DNA of 64,000 bases. Origin: Tagaea sp. CACIAM 22H2. Its GTDB lineage: Bacteria > Pseudomonadota > Alphaproteobacteria > CACIAM-22H2. Under the pieces are notes generated by a model that made no database searches, was not told the origin of the DNA, and worked only from the letters and a program-made list of their open reading frames with translations. Of the stretch, positions 1 to 8,573 are shown in pieces. The position numbers and the translations under genes are program-made. Position 1 is the first letter of the stretch, and every line of letters begins with the position of its first letter. The stretch is taken from NCBI GenBank assembly GCA_014444615.1, contig PVXE01000018.1, positions 246 through 64,245 of the forward strand. The letters are read 5' to 3'.

Positions 1-216
1 CGCTTCTTGCCAGCCTCCATGAACTTCTTCGACCTCACGTAATACAGGCTCTCCGCGATGCCTTCCCGCCGGCACGACTCGGCGATCGTGTGCTCGCCCC
101 GAAGCCCTGAGATCATGATCCGGATCTTCTCTTCGGCCGAGTACGCCTCGCGCGTCTGGCGGCGAATCTCGCGGACATGCTGCTCGGCTGTGCCGTTCGG
201 CGGCGTCTGCTTCATC
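1..216 (-). mobile_element. IS3-family transposase OrfA (HTH domain), N-terminal part only; the gene runs off the left edge of the window.
   Basis: The reverse complement of 1..216 translates to MKQTPPNGTAEQHVREIRRQTREAYSAEEKIRIMISGLRGEHTIAESCRREGIAESLYYVRSKKFMEAGKKR. This is the conserved N-terminus of IS3/IS911-type OrfA. The ATG is at 214-216. The plus-strand ORF 58..360 lies antisense to it. Confidence 0.6.
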
Positions 217-303
217 GGTCTCATCCTCGTCCCTCTCAACGGTGACGATGAACCGAAATCACTCCATTACGCAAATCGATCAAACTGCCCTATGGGCGCT
301 GAC

Positions 304-317
304 GGGGGGGGGGGGGG
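304..317. repeat. Homopolymeric G14 tract between the IS3 orfA start and the low-GC tract.
   Basis: Direct reading gives gacGGGGGGGGGGGGGGcagg; 14 consecutive G at 304-317. Confidence 0.9.
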
Positions 318-359
318 CAGGCTTCAGAGGCTCAGACCACTCCAGCTCTGGCTAGGGTG

Positions 360-1309
360 ATCAAAAATGACCAGGAAAATGAGTAGGCCCAATCTGGGCC
401 CATTCTGTGGCGTTCGAATTGAGCTCGTAAGCTTGCCATGGTTCTAATTAGGTGGTCCTTATAGCCATCTTAGGACCAAAGAGTAGACCACCGAGGTGAT
501 AGAATTTCGCTAAACTCTCAAATATTCCAGCCTCTATCAGAAAAATTGAACGATGGACGATAATTAAAATCCTGAAGCAGTGACAACACGTTTGCAGGAA
601 ATTAAAAAGTCGTCATTGTGACTGCCAATGACTAGGTCCAATCGCGGCCCAACGTATCTAGTAGGGCCCATTTAGGGCCGATACAACATAGTGAGAATTA
701 GAGTTAGCATGCCGCCAAAACAGAAAGTCACTACCAGCACTGCAACTAGATCCCCTTGCGTCCATTTACTGTGAACATTTTTTTCCTGACGGAACTGTCG
801 AAGCTGCACGGCAAGTCTTTCGACTTGCCTGGCCAGCATTTCTAATCGCTCATCTGGTTTTTGAAGATAGTTGAGCAGGCTCTCAATTTTTATCTCAATT
901 TGCTTCTGTCCGGAGAACTGACCGAAACGATCGAAAGTTTTCTGGTCATTGAATTTGCACAACAAGCGCCGCAGGGCTTCTGATTTACTCTCCCCATCCC
1001 GCAATTCACCGTCGAGTATTGCAAGATGTTCTTGGCCGAGGCCAAATTTGACTTGCTGAATTTTACTGCTAGAGCCCGGAGTCTCGCCATCTAACGAGGA
1101 CATCGCTAGCCAATCCCATTTCTCAGAGCCTTGAACGCCTGCCGTTACTAAGGGTTATATACGCAGAACCGATACGGACAAGGTTCAGCAATCAACTGAG
1201 GAGGGTTTCGCTCTATTGCCACGCCTTTGAATCTAGGAATGTCAATAAGAAGACTTTGCTCTTAGAGGTGCCCCCTTGTTTGGCACGGAAAAACCCGTAC
1301 AAACTTTAG
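360..1309. other. Low-GC (~40%) segment of foreign composition, which I read as island cargo. It carries short TAGGYCCAAT-like repeats.
   Basis: The composition contrasts sharply with the ~67% GC of the rest of the window. Repeats are taggcccaatct (392-403), taggtccaatcg (633-644) and agggcccattta (663-674). Confidence 0.6.
672..1103 (-). CDS. Hypothetical coiled-coil protein with a C-terminal transmembrane tail anchor (143 aa); island cargo of unknown function.
   Basis: The ORF sits in the low-GC tract. Residues 30-110 are charged and heptad-like (LRQFRQEK, LARQVERLAVQL). The C-terminus is hydrophobic: LVAVLVVTFCFGGMLTLILTMLY. It is transcribed divergently from the HTH gene. Confidence 0.4.
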   Translation of the reverse strand: MSSLDGETPGSSSKIQQVKFGLGQEHLAILDGELRDGESKSEALRRLLCKFNDQKTFDRFGQFSGQKQIEIKIESLLNYLQKPDERLEMLARQVERLAVQLRQFRQEKNVHSKWTQGDLVAVLVVTFCFGGMLTLILTMLYRP

Positions 1310-1618
1310 GTGAGCCGCCGATCATCACGCTTAGAAATTTTTCTGCAGCCGCGCTTACTCAATGCGCGCGCCGCCGCCCTATATTTGGGCCTAACAGAAT
1401 CTGAATTTCAGGAATTTATTGTCCCTATCGCAGCTACGTTTCGACTTGCGTCAACGTTAAACAAAGGTCACCAATCACGACCATTGTTTGATCGCATCCA
1501 ACTTGATCGATTGATCAACCAAATATCAAATATCAAAGATGATACGAGATCACTATCCTCGAGCCTGTCAGAGGCTGCACTCAAAGCTGCAGTCCGGTAT
1601 CGCTCCTCCAAATTCTAA
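1310..1618 (+). CDS. Small HTH DNA-binding protein, AlpA/excisionase-like; the true start may be internal.
   Basis: The motif RLLNARAAALYLGLTESEFQEF resembles the AlpA/Xis-type helix-turn-helix (RLL..EAAAYLGVS..TF). The gene is convergent with, and overlaps, the 3' end of the integrase gene. Confidence 0.4.
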   Translation: MSRRSSRLEIFLQPRLLNARAAALYLGLTESEFQEFIVPIAATFRLASTLNKGHQSRPLFDRIQLDRLINQISNIKDDTRSLSSSLSEAALKAAVRYRSSKF

Positions 1619-2750
1619 CTGCGGAGGCCGCCATTTTTTCGGTTCGAGGTATGTACTCCTCTAAAATTGTCGAAGTGCCGGAAAGAGAATGGCCTGAGAT
1701 TGCCGCGATCTGCTGGGGGGTCGCCCCCAATTCTGATAGCCAAACCATTCCACTGCGACGAAGCGCCTGAAAGTTCAGCTTGAGATTTGCCGCCTTTACC
1801 CAAGTCGCCCACCGACGCATGAAGCGCCTTCGAGAATATCGGCCCTTCGAAATCGGGCTTTGAATTAGCAACCGCTTATCACCTGGCTTTATTTCTTGCC
1901 GCTCAAGCTCTGCACGTAGGGTCGGGTGCAAAGGAAATCCGATAAACTCGCCTGTCTTGTTTTGATTGAGACGCAACCACCATTCTCCATCCCGCTCTAC
2001 GATCATATCGCCGCGCATATCGAGTATGTCGCTTTGTCGTTGAACGGTAAAAACCCCAAGCAGAATTGCAAGCCGCATATCGTCGGGCGTTGATTTCTCT
2101 TGGATCTGAGGCTTACCGTTCGTGAAGCTTGGATTGCCACCAACATTTATTCTACGTTTTGCGTTTAAGAACTTTTGGATATCTTCAGACTTCCAAATCG
2201 AATTTCTTTTTTTGTCACGCCGATTACGCCGTTGATCGCGGGTCTCAAATTTACCTGGACTCGTAAACGGATTTTGAACGTTCGTCAGGCCCTGCTGCAA
2301 AAGCCAATTCCAAAATGCCCGAGCAGTCACAATCATGTGCTTCCCCCCGGTTGGCCCATGCGACCGAATGAAGCTCTTCTTCGCTGCGGCAGCCACATCA
2401 CGTGAGATCGCCGCGAATGGAAACGCACCCCAGAGTTCCTCAAGGCGACCAAGATTCCGCCGCCAAAGTTCTTTGGTCGTTAGTGCAAGGGCCGACCATT
2501 CGACCGAGGCCATATACTTTTGAATGCCTTCACCGATCGAACCTGGCGTTCTCTCGCGAAGCGCACCGCCTTTTCTTAGGGCGGTGATCGCTTTGTAGCG
2601 CGCGAGAACTTCCGTCTCGTTCTCGGACGAGCCCAGATTCATCCCACTGCGACGGTGGCGGTAATAGATTCTGACGCGGCCAGTAGCCGTCACTTTTTTG
2701 ACAGCCTGAACGCCTTCAAGCTTCAAAACCATCCGCACCCCCGTAGCCAA
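1581..2750 (-). CDS. int: Tyrosine-type site-specific integrase (phage integrase family).
   Basis: 389 aa. The C-terminal catalytic region reads ALRRSGMVWLSELGATPQQIAAISGHSLSGTSTILEEY, the R..H-x-x-R..Y signature. The gene lies immediately next to the tRNA 3' end. Confidence 0.8.
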   Translation of the reverse strand: MATGVRMVLKLEGVQAVKKVTATGRVRIYYRHRRSGMNLGSSENETEVLARYKAITALRKGGALRERTPGSIGEGIQKYMASVEWSALALTTKELWRRNLGRLEELWGAFPFAAISRDVAAAAKKSFIRSHGPTGGKHMIVTARAFWNWLLQQGLTNVQNPFTSPGKFETRDQRRNRRDKKRNSIWKSEDIQKFLNAKRRINVGGNPSFTNGKPQIQEKSTPDDMRLAILLGVFTVQRQSDILDMRGDMIVERDGEWWLRLNQNKTGEFIGFPLHPTLRAELERQEIKPGDKRLLIQSPISKGRYSRRRFMRRWATWVKAANLKLNFQALRRSGMVWLSELGATPQQIAAISGHSLSGTSTILEEYIPRTEKMAASAVRIWRSDTGLQL

Positions 2751-2769
2751 AAAAGCGACAGAGGGATTC

Positions 2770-2790
2770 TACGGGTGTAGAGCACCCGTA
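2770..2790. promoter_or_regulatory. Perfect 8-bp inverted repeat TACGGGTG-N5-CACCCGTA, plus direct repeats GTGTAGA at 2775 and 2797, between the integrase start and the tRNA 3' end. Candidate integrase/Xis arm-type sites or int operator.
   Basis: Read directly from the sequence. A second inverted repeat, CCCGTAG...CTACGGG, is at 2740-2775. Confidence 0.4.
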
Positions 2791-2819
2791 GAAAAGGTGT
2801 AGAAAATCGGGAAATCCGC

Positions 2820-2896
2820 TGGTCGGAGCGAGAGGATTCGAACCTCCGGCCCCTAGCTCCCGAAGCTAGTGCTCTACCAGGCTGAGCTACGCTCCG
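2820..2896 (-). tRNA. tRNA-Pro (anticodon CGG), 77 nt with the CCA end encoded.
   Basis: The reverse complement folds as a cloverleaf. Acceptor stem CGGAGCG/CGCTCCG; D-stem GCTC/GAGC; anticodon stem CTAGC/GCTAG with loop TTCGGGA; T-arm GGAGG-TTCGAAT-CCTCT; discriminator A plus CCA. The integrase abuts the 3' end. Confidence 0.85.
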
Positions 2897-3044
2897 ACCG
2901 TGCGGGGCCGTCCCTATACCGCCCCTGGCCGCCCTTCGCAAGCGATTGATGGGGCGGGTTTTCCGGCCCCGTTTTGGGGCCCGAAAATAGCGCTTTCCGG
3001 CGATCTCGAGACTTTGGCACGCGGGTTGCGATACCCTGCCGGCA

Positions 3045-3800
3045 ATGACCGTCGAAACCATCGCCACCCGCCCCGCCCCCGCCGCGATCAGCCAGGCTCT
3101 GGCCGAGCCCGCGCGCCGGGGCACGGCCGCTTTCGCCGAATTGCTGGCGACCGCGCGGCGCGAAAGCGGCCTGAAAACCGACGCCAAGAACCCGAATTCC
3201 AGCGCCACGGGGCTTTTCCAGTTCACCGAGCAGACCTGGCTGGAGCTGGTGCGCCGCCACGGCGCCAAATACGGCATGGGCGACGCGGCCGCGAAAATCG
3301 CGCGCGATCCCGCCACCGGCCGGAACGAAGTGCCGAGTGCGGACGACCGATCGGCAATTCTTGCCCTGCGCAAAGACGCCAAACTCGCCGCCGCGATGGC
3401 CGGCGAATTGTCGAAGACCAACCGCAACAGTTTGCAAAAGGCGCTGGGCCGCGAGCCGACCTATCAAGAGGTTTACGCCGCGCATTTCCTGGGCGCTTCG
3501 GGTGCCGTGCGGCTGATCAAAGCCGCCGAAGCCAATCCCGACCAGCCCGCCAATCGCGTGCTGCCGGTCGCCGCCAAGGCGAACCGCGCGGTGTTCCACG
3601 ATCGCGACGCCAAACGCGCGCGCACAGCGGGCGAGGTCGCGCAGCGCCTCGACCTCGACGGCATCACCGACACGCGCGGGCGCGTGTCGGGTGCCGAGTT
3701 CACCGAAGGCATCGTCGTCGCGCGCGGCCGCCGGCCCGATGCCGCGCCGAACGCGTTGTCGGCGCAGCTTCAGGCCCAGCTGACGGCGAACGAAGGCTAA
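3045..3800 (+). CDS. Lytic transglycosylase-like (SLT-domain-like) protein.
   Basis: The motif SSATGLFQFTEQTWLELV resembles the SLT-domain GLMQ/FQF...TW signature. Coding periodicity is good. Confidence 0.45.
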   Translation: MTVETIATRPAPAAISQALAEPARRGTAAFAELLATARRESGLKTDAKNPNSSATGLFQFTEQTWLELVRRHGAKYGMGDAAAKIARDPATGRNEVPSADDRSAILALRKDAKLAAAMAGELSKTNRNSLQKALGREPTYQEVYAAHFLGASGAVRLIKAAEANPDQPANRVLPVAAKANRAVFHDRDAKRARTAGEVAQRLDLDGITDTRGRVSGAEFTEGIVVARGRRPDAAPNALSAQLQAQLTANEG

Positions 3801-3806
3801 GACCGG

Positions 3807-5750
3807 TCAGGAACCGATCTCGCCGCCGTCAATCTTTTCGACCGCGATCACCGCGGGGCGCGGCGGCCAGTCGTCGCGGAAATCCGGCCAGCGCGTCGAC
3901 GGGTTCTCGTAATTCGAACCGCGCGCCTCGCCCGGATGCTGAATGGCGAGGAACAGCGTCTTGCCGTCGGGCGTGAAACACGGCCCGCAGACTTCCGCGC
4001 CCGAGGGCGCGCCGTAGATGCGCTTCGTGACCGCACGCCCCGGCCCTTCGGTATCGGTGCCGAACAAGCCGTCGGCACGGGCGGGCGAGGCTTGCGTGGG
4101 CATGCCGTCGGTCGAGATCCACATGCGGCCCTTCGGATCGAAGGCGACATTGTCGGGGGCCGCGAGCCAGCCATGCGGCCCCACGCCAGCACCGTATTTG
4201 GCGCCCGACGCCGGATCGGCGGGATCCCCGCCCATCAGGAATATGTCCCAACGGAACACATCGGCCGCATGATCGGCCTTCGCCCCGCGCCCGCCGGGCG
4301 GAATCATCTCGACGACATGGCCCGTGCGGCTGCCCACGCGCGGATTGGCGGGGTTGACGCGCGTGCGCGCCTCGGCCGCATCCGCCGCCGCGCGGCGTTC
4401 GTTATAGGTGCACATCACATAGGTGCGCCCCGTCACCGGATTGGTCTCGACGTCTTCGGGACGATCCATCGGCGTGGCGCCGACGAGATCGGCCGCACGG
4501 CGCGCCTCGATCAGAACGTCGGCTTGGCTGTCGAAACCGTTCGCGGCGGTCAGCGGCCCTTGCCCGTGGACGAGCGGCAGCCAGCGCAACGAACCATCCG
4601 CGTCGAACCGCGCGACCGACAACGTGCCTTCATCCAGCAGATCGCGATTGGCCCGGCGGTTCTTCGGATCGAACTTGCCCGCCGAAACGAAGCGATAGAC
4701 GTATTCGAAACGCTCGTCGTCGCCCGAATAGACCGCGACGCGCCCGTCCGGGCACACGACGCAAGTGGCACCCTCGTGTTTGAAGCGGCCCAACGCCGTG
4801 CGCTTCACCGGCGAGGATTTCGGATCGTATGGATCGTATTCAACGACCCAGCCGTAACGGTTGGGCTCGTTCGGGTTCTTCTCGACGTTGAAGCGCTCGA
4901 AATACGTCGCCCAGGGCGCGCCTTGAAAGGGCTGCACGCCGTAGCGGCGATGGTTGCGCGCCTCGGGCGTTTTCGCCGCGTCACCGCCGAAATAGCCGTT
5001 GAAGTTTTCCTCGCCCGACAAAACCGTGCCCCAGGGCGTGACGCCGCCAGCACAGTTGTTCAGCGTGCCGACGACCAGCGTGCCGGTGCGATCTTCGTTG
5101 GAGCGCAAGCGCGGATGCCCGGCGGCCGGGCCCGAAACGTGGAACATCTCGCCCGAACCCGACAGGCGGCGGTTGAACTTGCTATCGCGCACGAAGCGCC
5201 ATTCGCCGCCGATCTTCGCGACCTCGATCACCGACAAGCCATGCGCGGCCATCTCGACCTCGCATTGCTCCTTGGTCTGGTTGCCGCGCTCGCCGATGCC
5301 CGGGAACATCAGGTTCCCGTTGCAGTACTCGTGATTGACGTGCAGCAAGCCGCGCGTCGAACTGCGCGAACCGTATGGCAGCGGGAAGAACGCCATGAAA
5401 TCGTTGTTGTAGCCGAATTGGCGTTCCTGCTTGGCGCCGCTCTGCGCGCGCGGATCGAAAGCGGGCGCATCGGCGAATAGCGGATCGCCCCATTTAATGA
5501 CGAAGCTGCGCTTGTAGCCGGGTGCGACGCGATCCTGCGCATTCATCACGCTGTCGGCGTCGGCGAATTTCAACGACGAGCGCCCGGCCTGCGCCTGTGC
5601 GTCCTCGGGCAGCGCCGCGACAAGCCCCGCCGCGGCCGCACCGCCCAACAAGGCGCGCCGGCTCAAACGTTCTTGCGCGATGTCACCGAACACGCGGCCC
5701 ATCGCGCGCGCGATGCCAATCGATTCCGGATCGTCTTCGAATTCCGCCAT
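3807..5750 (-). CDS. phoX: PhoX-family secreted alkaline phosphatase with a Tat signal; a start at M17 (5702) is possible.
   Basis: 647 aa. Twin-arginine motif SRRALLGGAAAAG. The length and conserved blocks (HVNHEY, GTLNNCAGG.TPWGT, DRPEDVE) are typical of the PhoX/DUF839 family. Confidence 0.75.
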   Translation of the reverse strand: MAEFEDDPESIGIARAMGRVFGDIAQERLSRRALLGGAAAAGLVAALPEDAQAQAGRSSLKFADADSVMNAQDRVAPGYKRSFVIKWGDPLFADAPAFDPRAQSGAKQERQFGYNNDFMAFFPLPYGSRSSTRGLLHVNHEYCNGNLMFPGIGERGNQTKEQCEVEMAAHGLSVIEVAKIGGEWRFVRDSKFNRRLSGSGEMFHVSGPAAGHPRLRSNEDRTGTLVVGTLNNCAGGVTPWGTVLSGEENFNGYFGGDAAKTPEARNHRRYGVQPFQGAPWATYFERFNVEKNPNEPNRYGWVVEYDPYDPKSSPVKRTALGRFKHEGATCVVCPDGRVAVYSGDDERFEYVYRFVSAGKFDPKNRRANRDLLDEGTLSVARFDADGSLRWLPLVHGQGPLTAANGFDSQADVLIEARRAADLVGATPMDRPEDVETNPVTGRTYVMCTYNERRAAADAAEARTRVNPANPRVGSRTGHVVEMIPPGGRGAKADHAADVFRWDIFLMGGDPADPASGAKYGAGVGPHGWLAAPDNVAFDPKGRMWISTDGMPTQASPARADGLFGTDTEGPGRAVTKRIYGAPSGAEVCGPCFTPDGKTLFLAIQHPGEARGSNYENPSTRWPDFRDDWPPRPAVIAVEKIDGGEIGS

Positions 5751-5825
5751 TTTCCCCTCCCCCGGGTTTATGACGGAAATATTACGATCCGAGCTCGTCG
5801 AATAGCGAGTCTTGTTTTGCTCGGC

Positions 5826-7025
5826 TCACCGCGCCGGTTGCGGCACGAATTTCTCGGCACGGGACTTGGCTTCGGCAATCTGCGCCGCGCTCAAATTCGC
5901 ACTTAAATTATCGCGGGCCGTCGCCGCGCCACGGACTTTGCGTTCGGCCGCAAGGCTGAACCAAGCATAGGCCGCGACCGGATCGAATTCGCGGCCGCGC
6001 CCGCTCGCCAGCAGTCTCGCCAGCAGAAACATGGCATCCGCATGATTTTGCAAAGCGGCTTTCTCGAGATAGTGCGCGGCCGCCTTGTCGTCGCGTAAAG
6101 GGCTGACCCACTCGAGAAACATGGAACCGACGATGTACTGAAATTCGGGGATACCCCCATCCCCGGCGAGACGCATGTAGCGATTCGCTTCATCGCGGTA
6201 GGTCCGAACATAGTTGCCGCGCGAATAGGCGATGCCAAGCTGGATCGCCGCGATTGCCGCCGGACGGCCGCTTTCCTCGGCCGAAGCACGAAGCCGCACA
6301 ACAGACAGATCCATCGTCAGTCGCGCCAACCCGCTCGCATCACCGCCGGCGGGGATCAACCCCATCCGCTCGGCGAGCAATTTGCGGGCGGCGACCATTG
6401 CTTCCAGATGCGGCATGCCCGGCCACACTGACGAATGATAGAGGGTGCCCAATGTCGTTACGTCGGCTTCGGTAAATCTGGATATCCCGTGCCGCGTGAA
6501 ACTCAGCACCGAGTCGAGATCATTGGGATGTCCCGGAATTCCGAAACCATGCAGCATCGCGCGCAAAATGCAGCGCGTGTATTCGCGGCTTCCCGTCCGA
6601 ATATAGAGTTCGACCCGCGTCATAATGCCTTGGATGTGCCAAGTACGAGCCAAGCAACCTGCGTCGGGAATTATCGGCGGCGCGCCATATTCGGGAAAGA
6701 ACTCAATCTTGAAATTCTCGCCACTCCTCGCACCGTTCTCGACCACAATCGCGAGATTGGCGAGTTCCGCAGCCTCGTTAAGGACTTTGAGGAGAAATGA
6801 TCGCTCACTCGACGACGAGCGCCCGGCCATGCGAACGCGCAAGGGCTGCTGCCAGCGTATAACCCCGCCTGTCGACTCCAAAGCGCCCGTCGGCAGGCCC
6901 GTCGCGACGCGCCACAGCGCCATCCGCTCGAACGCATCAAGGGCCGCCGACAATTTCGCTTCGTCGGCGCGCGCGGGCGCTACGCCCAAAACCAAAGCAG
7001 CCAGCAACGCCATCCAGATCCGCAT
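5826..7025 (-). CDS. Exported protein with C-terminal Sel1/TPR-like repeats.
   Basis: Signal peptide MRIWMALLAALVLGVAPARA. The C-terminus carries Sel1-like repeats (AAHYLEKAALQNHADAMFLLARLL...VAAYAWFSLAAERK). Confidence 0.5.
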   Translation of the reverse strand: MRIWMALLAALVLGVAPARADEAKLSAALDAFERMALWRVATGLPTGALESTGGVIRWQQPLRVRMAGRSSSSERSFLLKVLNEAAELANLAIVVENGARSGENFKIEFFPEYGAPPIIPDAGCLARTWHIQGIMTRVELYIRTGSREYTRCILRAMLHGFGIPGHPNDLDSVLSFTRHGISRFTEADVTTLGTLYHSSVWPGMPHLEAMVAARKLLAERMGLIPAGGDASGLARLTMDLSVVRLRASAEESGRPAAIAAIQLGIAYSRGNYVRTYRDEANRYMRLAGDGGIPEFQYIVGSMFLEWVSPLRDDKAAAHYLEKAALQNHADAMFLLARLLASGRGREFDPVAAYAWFSLAAERKVRGAATARDNLSANLSAAQIAEAKSRAEKFVPQPAR

Positions 7026-7109
7026 ACGCCTTCCCCGGATTAACTCCGGGAAAGGCTAAACAGACGGGTGCGCGGCGTAAAGGCCGATCAACTCCCGGTA
7101 CGTAAGGGC

Positions 7110-8573
7110 TTAGGAAGCGCTCCAGGGCAACGAATAGGTCTTCACGTTGGTGAAGGACTTCATCGCTTCGACGACGCCTTCCTTGTAGCCGAGTCCCGAA
7201 TCCTTGATGCCGCCGAAGGGCGACATTTCGATGCGATAGCCGGGCACTTCCCAGATATTCACGGTGCCGACGTTGAGTTCCTTGATGAAGCGATTGATAT
7301 GATCGAGGCGCCAAGTGCACACACCCGACGACAGACCGTATTTGGTCGAGTTCGACACGCGGATCGCATCGTCGATATCCTTGACGCGCACGACCGGGAT
7401 CACGGGCCCGAACGTCTCCTCGCGCACCAACTCGCAATCGTACGGCACGTGGTCGACGACCGTCGGCGGATACAAGGCGCCTTGCCGGTTGTTGCCGTGC
7501 AGCAGCTTCGCGCCCAGCCCCACCGCGTCGATCACGCGCTTTTCGAAGCTCTGCGCCGCGCGCTCGTGGATCACCGTGCCGATATCGGTTTCGGGATCCA
7601 TCGGGTCGCCAGATTTTAGCTTCTTGGCATGGACCATGATGCGCTCGACCAGCTTGTCGGCGATGCTGTCGACCGCGAGGATGCGCTTGACGGCCGTGCA
7701 GCGCTGGCCCGAATTCTTGGTCGCACCGGCGACCGCGAGTTCGGCGGCTTTATCCGGATCGGCGTCGTCGAGCACGATCAGCGGATCGTTGCCGCCGAGT
7801 TCCAGCACCACGCGCCGATACCCGGCCTTCTGCGCGATCATCTTGCCGACCGCGACCGAACCGGTGAACGTCACCAGATCGATATTCGGATCGGTGATCA
7901 TCGCGTCGCCCAGATCGGCGGGCGAACCGGTGACGACCGACAGCATTTCGGGCGGCAGACCGGCTTCGTAGAGAATGTCGGCCAGCGCCAACGCCGTCAG
8001 CGGCGTCAGCTCCGTCGGCTTCAGCACCACGCGGTTATTGGTCGCGATCGCGGGCGCGATCTTGTGCGAGACCATGTTGAGCGGGTGGTTGAACGGCGTG
8101 ATCGCCGAGATCACGCCCTGCAACGGTTCGCGCAGCGTGTGTATGCGGCGCGCCTTGCCGTGCGGGGTGATATCGCAGGCGAAGGTCTCGGCGTCCTCGC
8201 GGATCGCGAGCTGGCCCGACAGCGTATAGACGTCGTAGGCGCGGCCCACTTCGTAATACGAGTCCTTCAGGCTCAAGCCGCTTTCGGCGGTGATGATGCG
8301 CGCCAGCATCTCCTTGCGCGCCGCGATCAACTCGCCCGTCTTCATCAGGATCTTCTGGCGCTCGTAGCGGGTGAGCTTGGGCTTATAGGCCGCCGCGATC
8401 TTGAACGCCTCGGCGACTTGCGCGGCACTGGCGCGCGGCACCGTGCCGACGACGGCGCCGGTATAGGGATCGAACACGTCGAGCGTGCCGAGATCGCCCG
8501 CGACCTTCTTGCCGGCGATGCGCAAGGATTCCGCGCGGAACTCGATGCGGGGGAACTTCACTGGGGCGTTCAT
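7110..8573 (-). CDS. phnY: Phosphonoacetaldehyde dehydrogenase (aldehyde dehydrogenase family).
   Basis: 487 aa with ALDH motifs (ELGGNDP, catalytic RCTA, EETFGPV). It is the last gene of the phnW-phnA-phnY operon. The TCAT junction at 8570-8573 overlaps its start with the phnA stop. Confidence 0.75.
   Translation of the reverse strand: MNAPVKFPRIEFRAESLRIAGKKVAGDLGTLDVFDPYTGAVVGTVPRASAAQVAEAFKIAAAYKPKLTRYERQKILMKTGELIAARKEMLARIITAESGLSLKDSYYEVGRAYDVYTLSGQLAIREDAETFACDITPHGKARRIHTLREPLQGVISAITPFNHPLNMVSHKIAPAIATNNRVVLKPTELTPLTALALADILYEAGLPPEMLSVVTGSPADLGDAMITDPNIDLVTFTGSVAVGKMIAQKAGYRRVVLELGGNDPLIVLDDADPDKAAELAVAGATKNSGQRCTAVKRILAVDSIADKLVERIMVHAKKLKSGDPMDPETDIGTVIHERAAQSFEKRVIDAVGLGAKLLHGNNRQGALYPPTVVDHVPYDCELVREETFGPVIPVVRVKDIDDAIRVSNSTKYGLSSGVCTWRLDHINRFIKELNVGTVNIWEVPGYRIEMSPFGGIKDSGLGYKEGVVEAMKSFTNVKTYSLPWSAS

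Noticed and set aside
58-360. Plus-strand ORF (100 aa) at the left edge.
   Set aside because: It lies antisense to a clearly recognisable IS3-family orfA N-terminus on the minus strand (1..216) and has no meaningful motifs.
3801-3808. Palindrome GACCGGTC between the transglycosylase-like gene and phoX as a possible terminator.
   Set aside because: It overlaps both stop codons in a 6-nt convergent gap with no T-tract, so it is not a credible intrinsic terminator.
2900-3976. 358-aa plus-strand ORF rich in Arg/Pro/Gly.
   Set aside because: It has the typical GC-frame artefact composition (RRPR repeats) and overlaps the well-supported transglycosylase-like and phoX genes.
3936-5480. 514-aa plus-strand ORF antisense to phoX.
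   Set aside because: It is antisense to a gene with strong family signatures; its composition is Arg/Ala/Gly-biased, as expected for wrong-frame ORFs in high-GC DNA.
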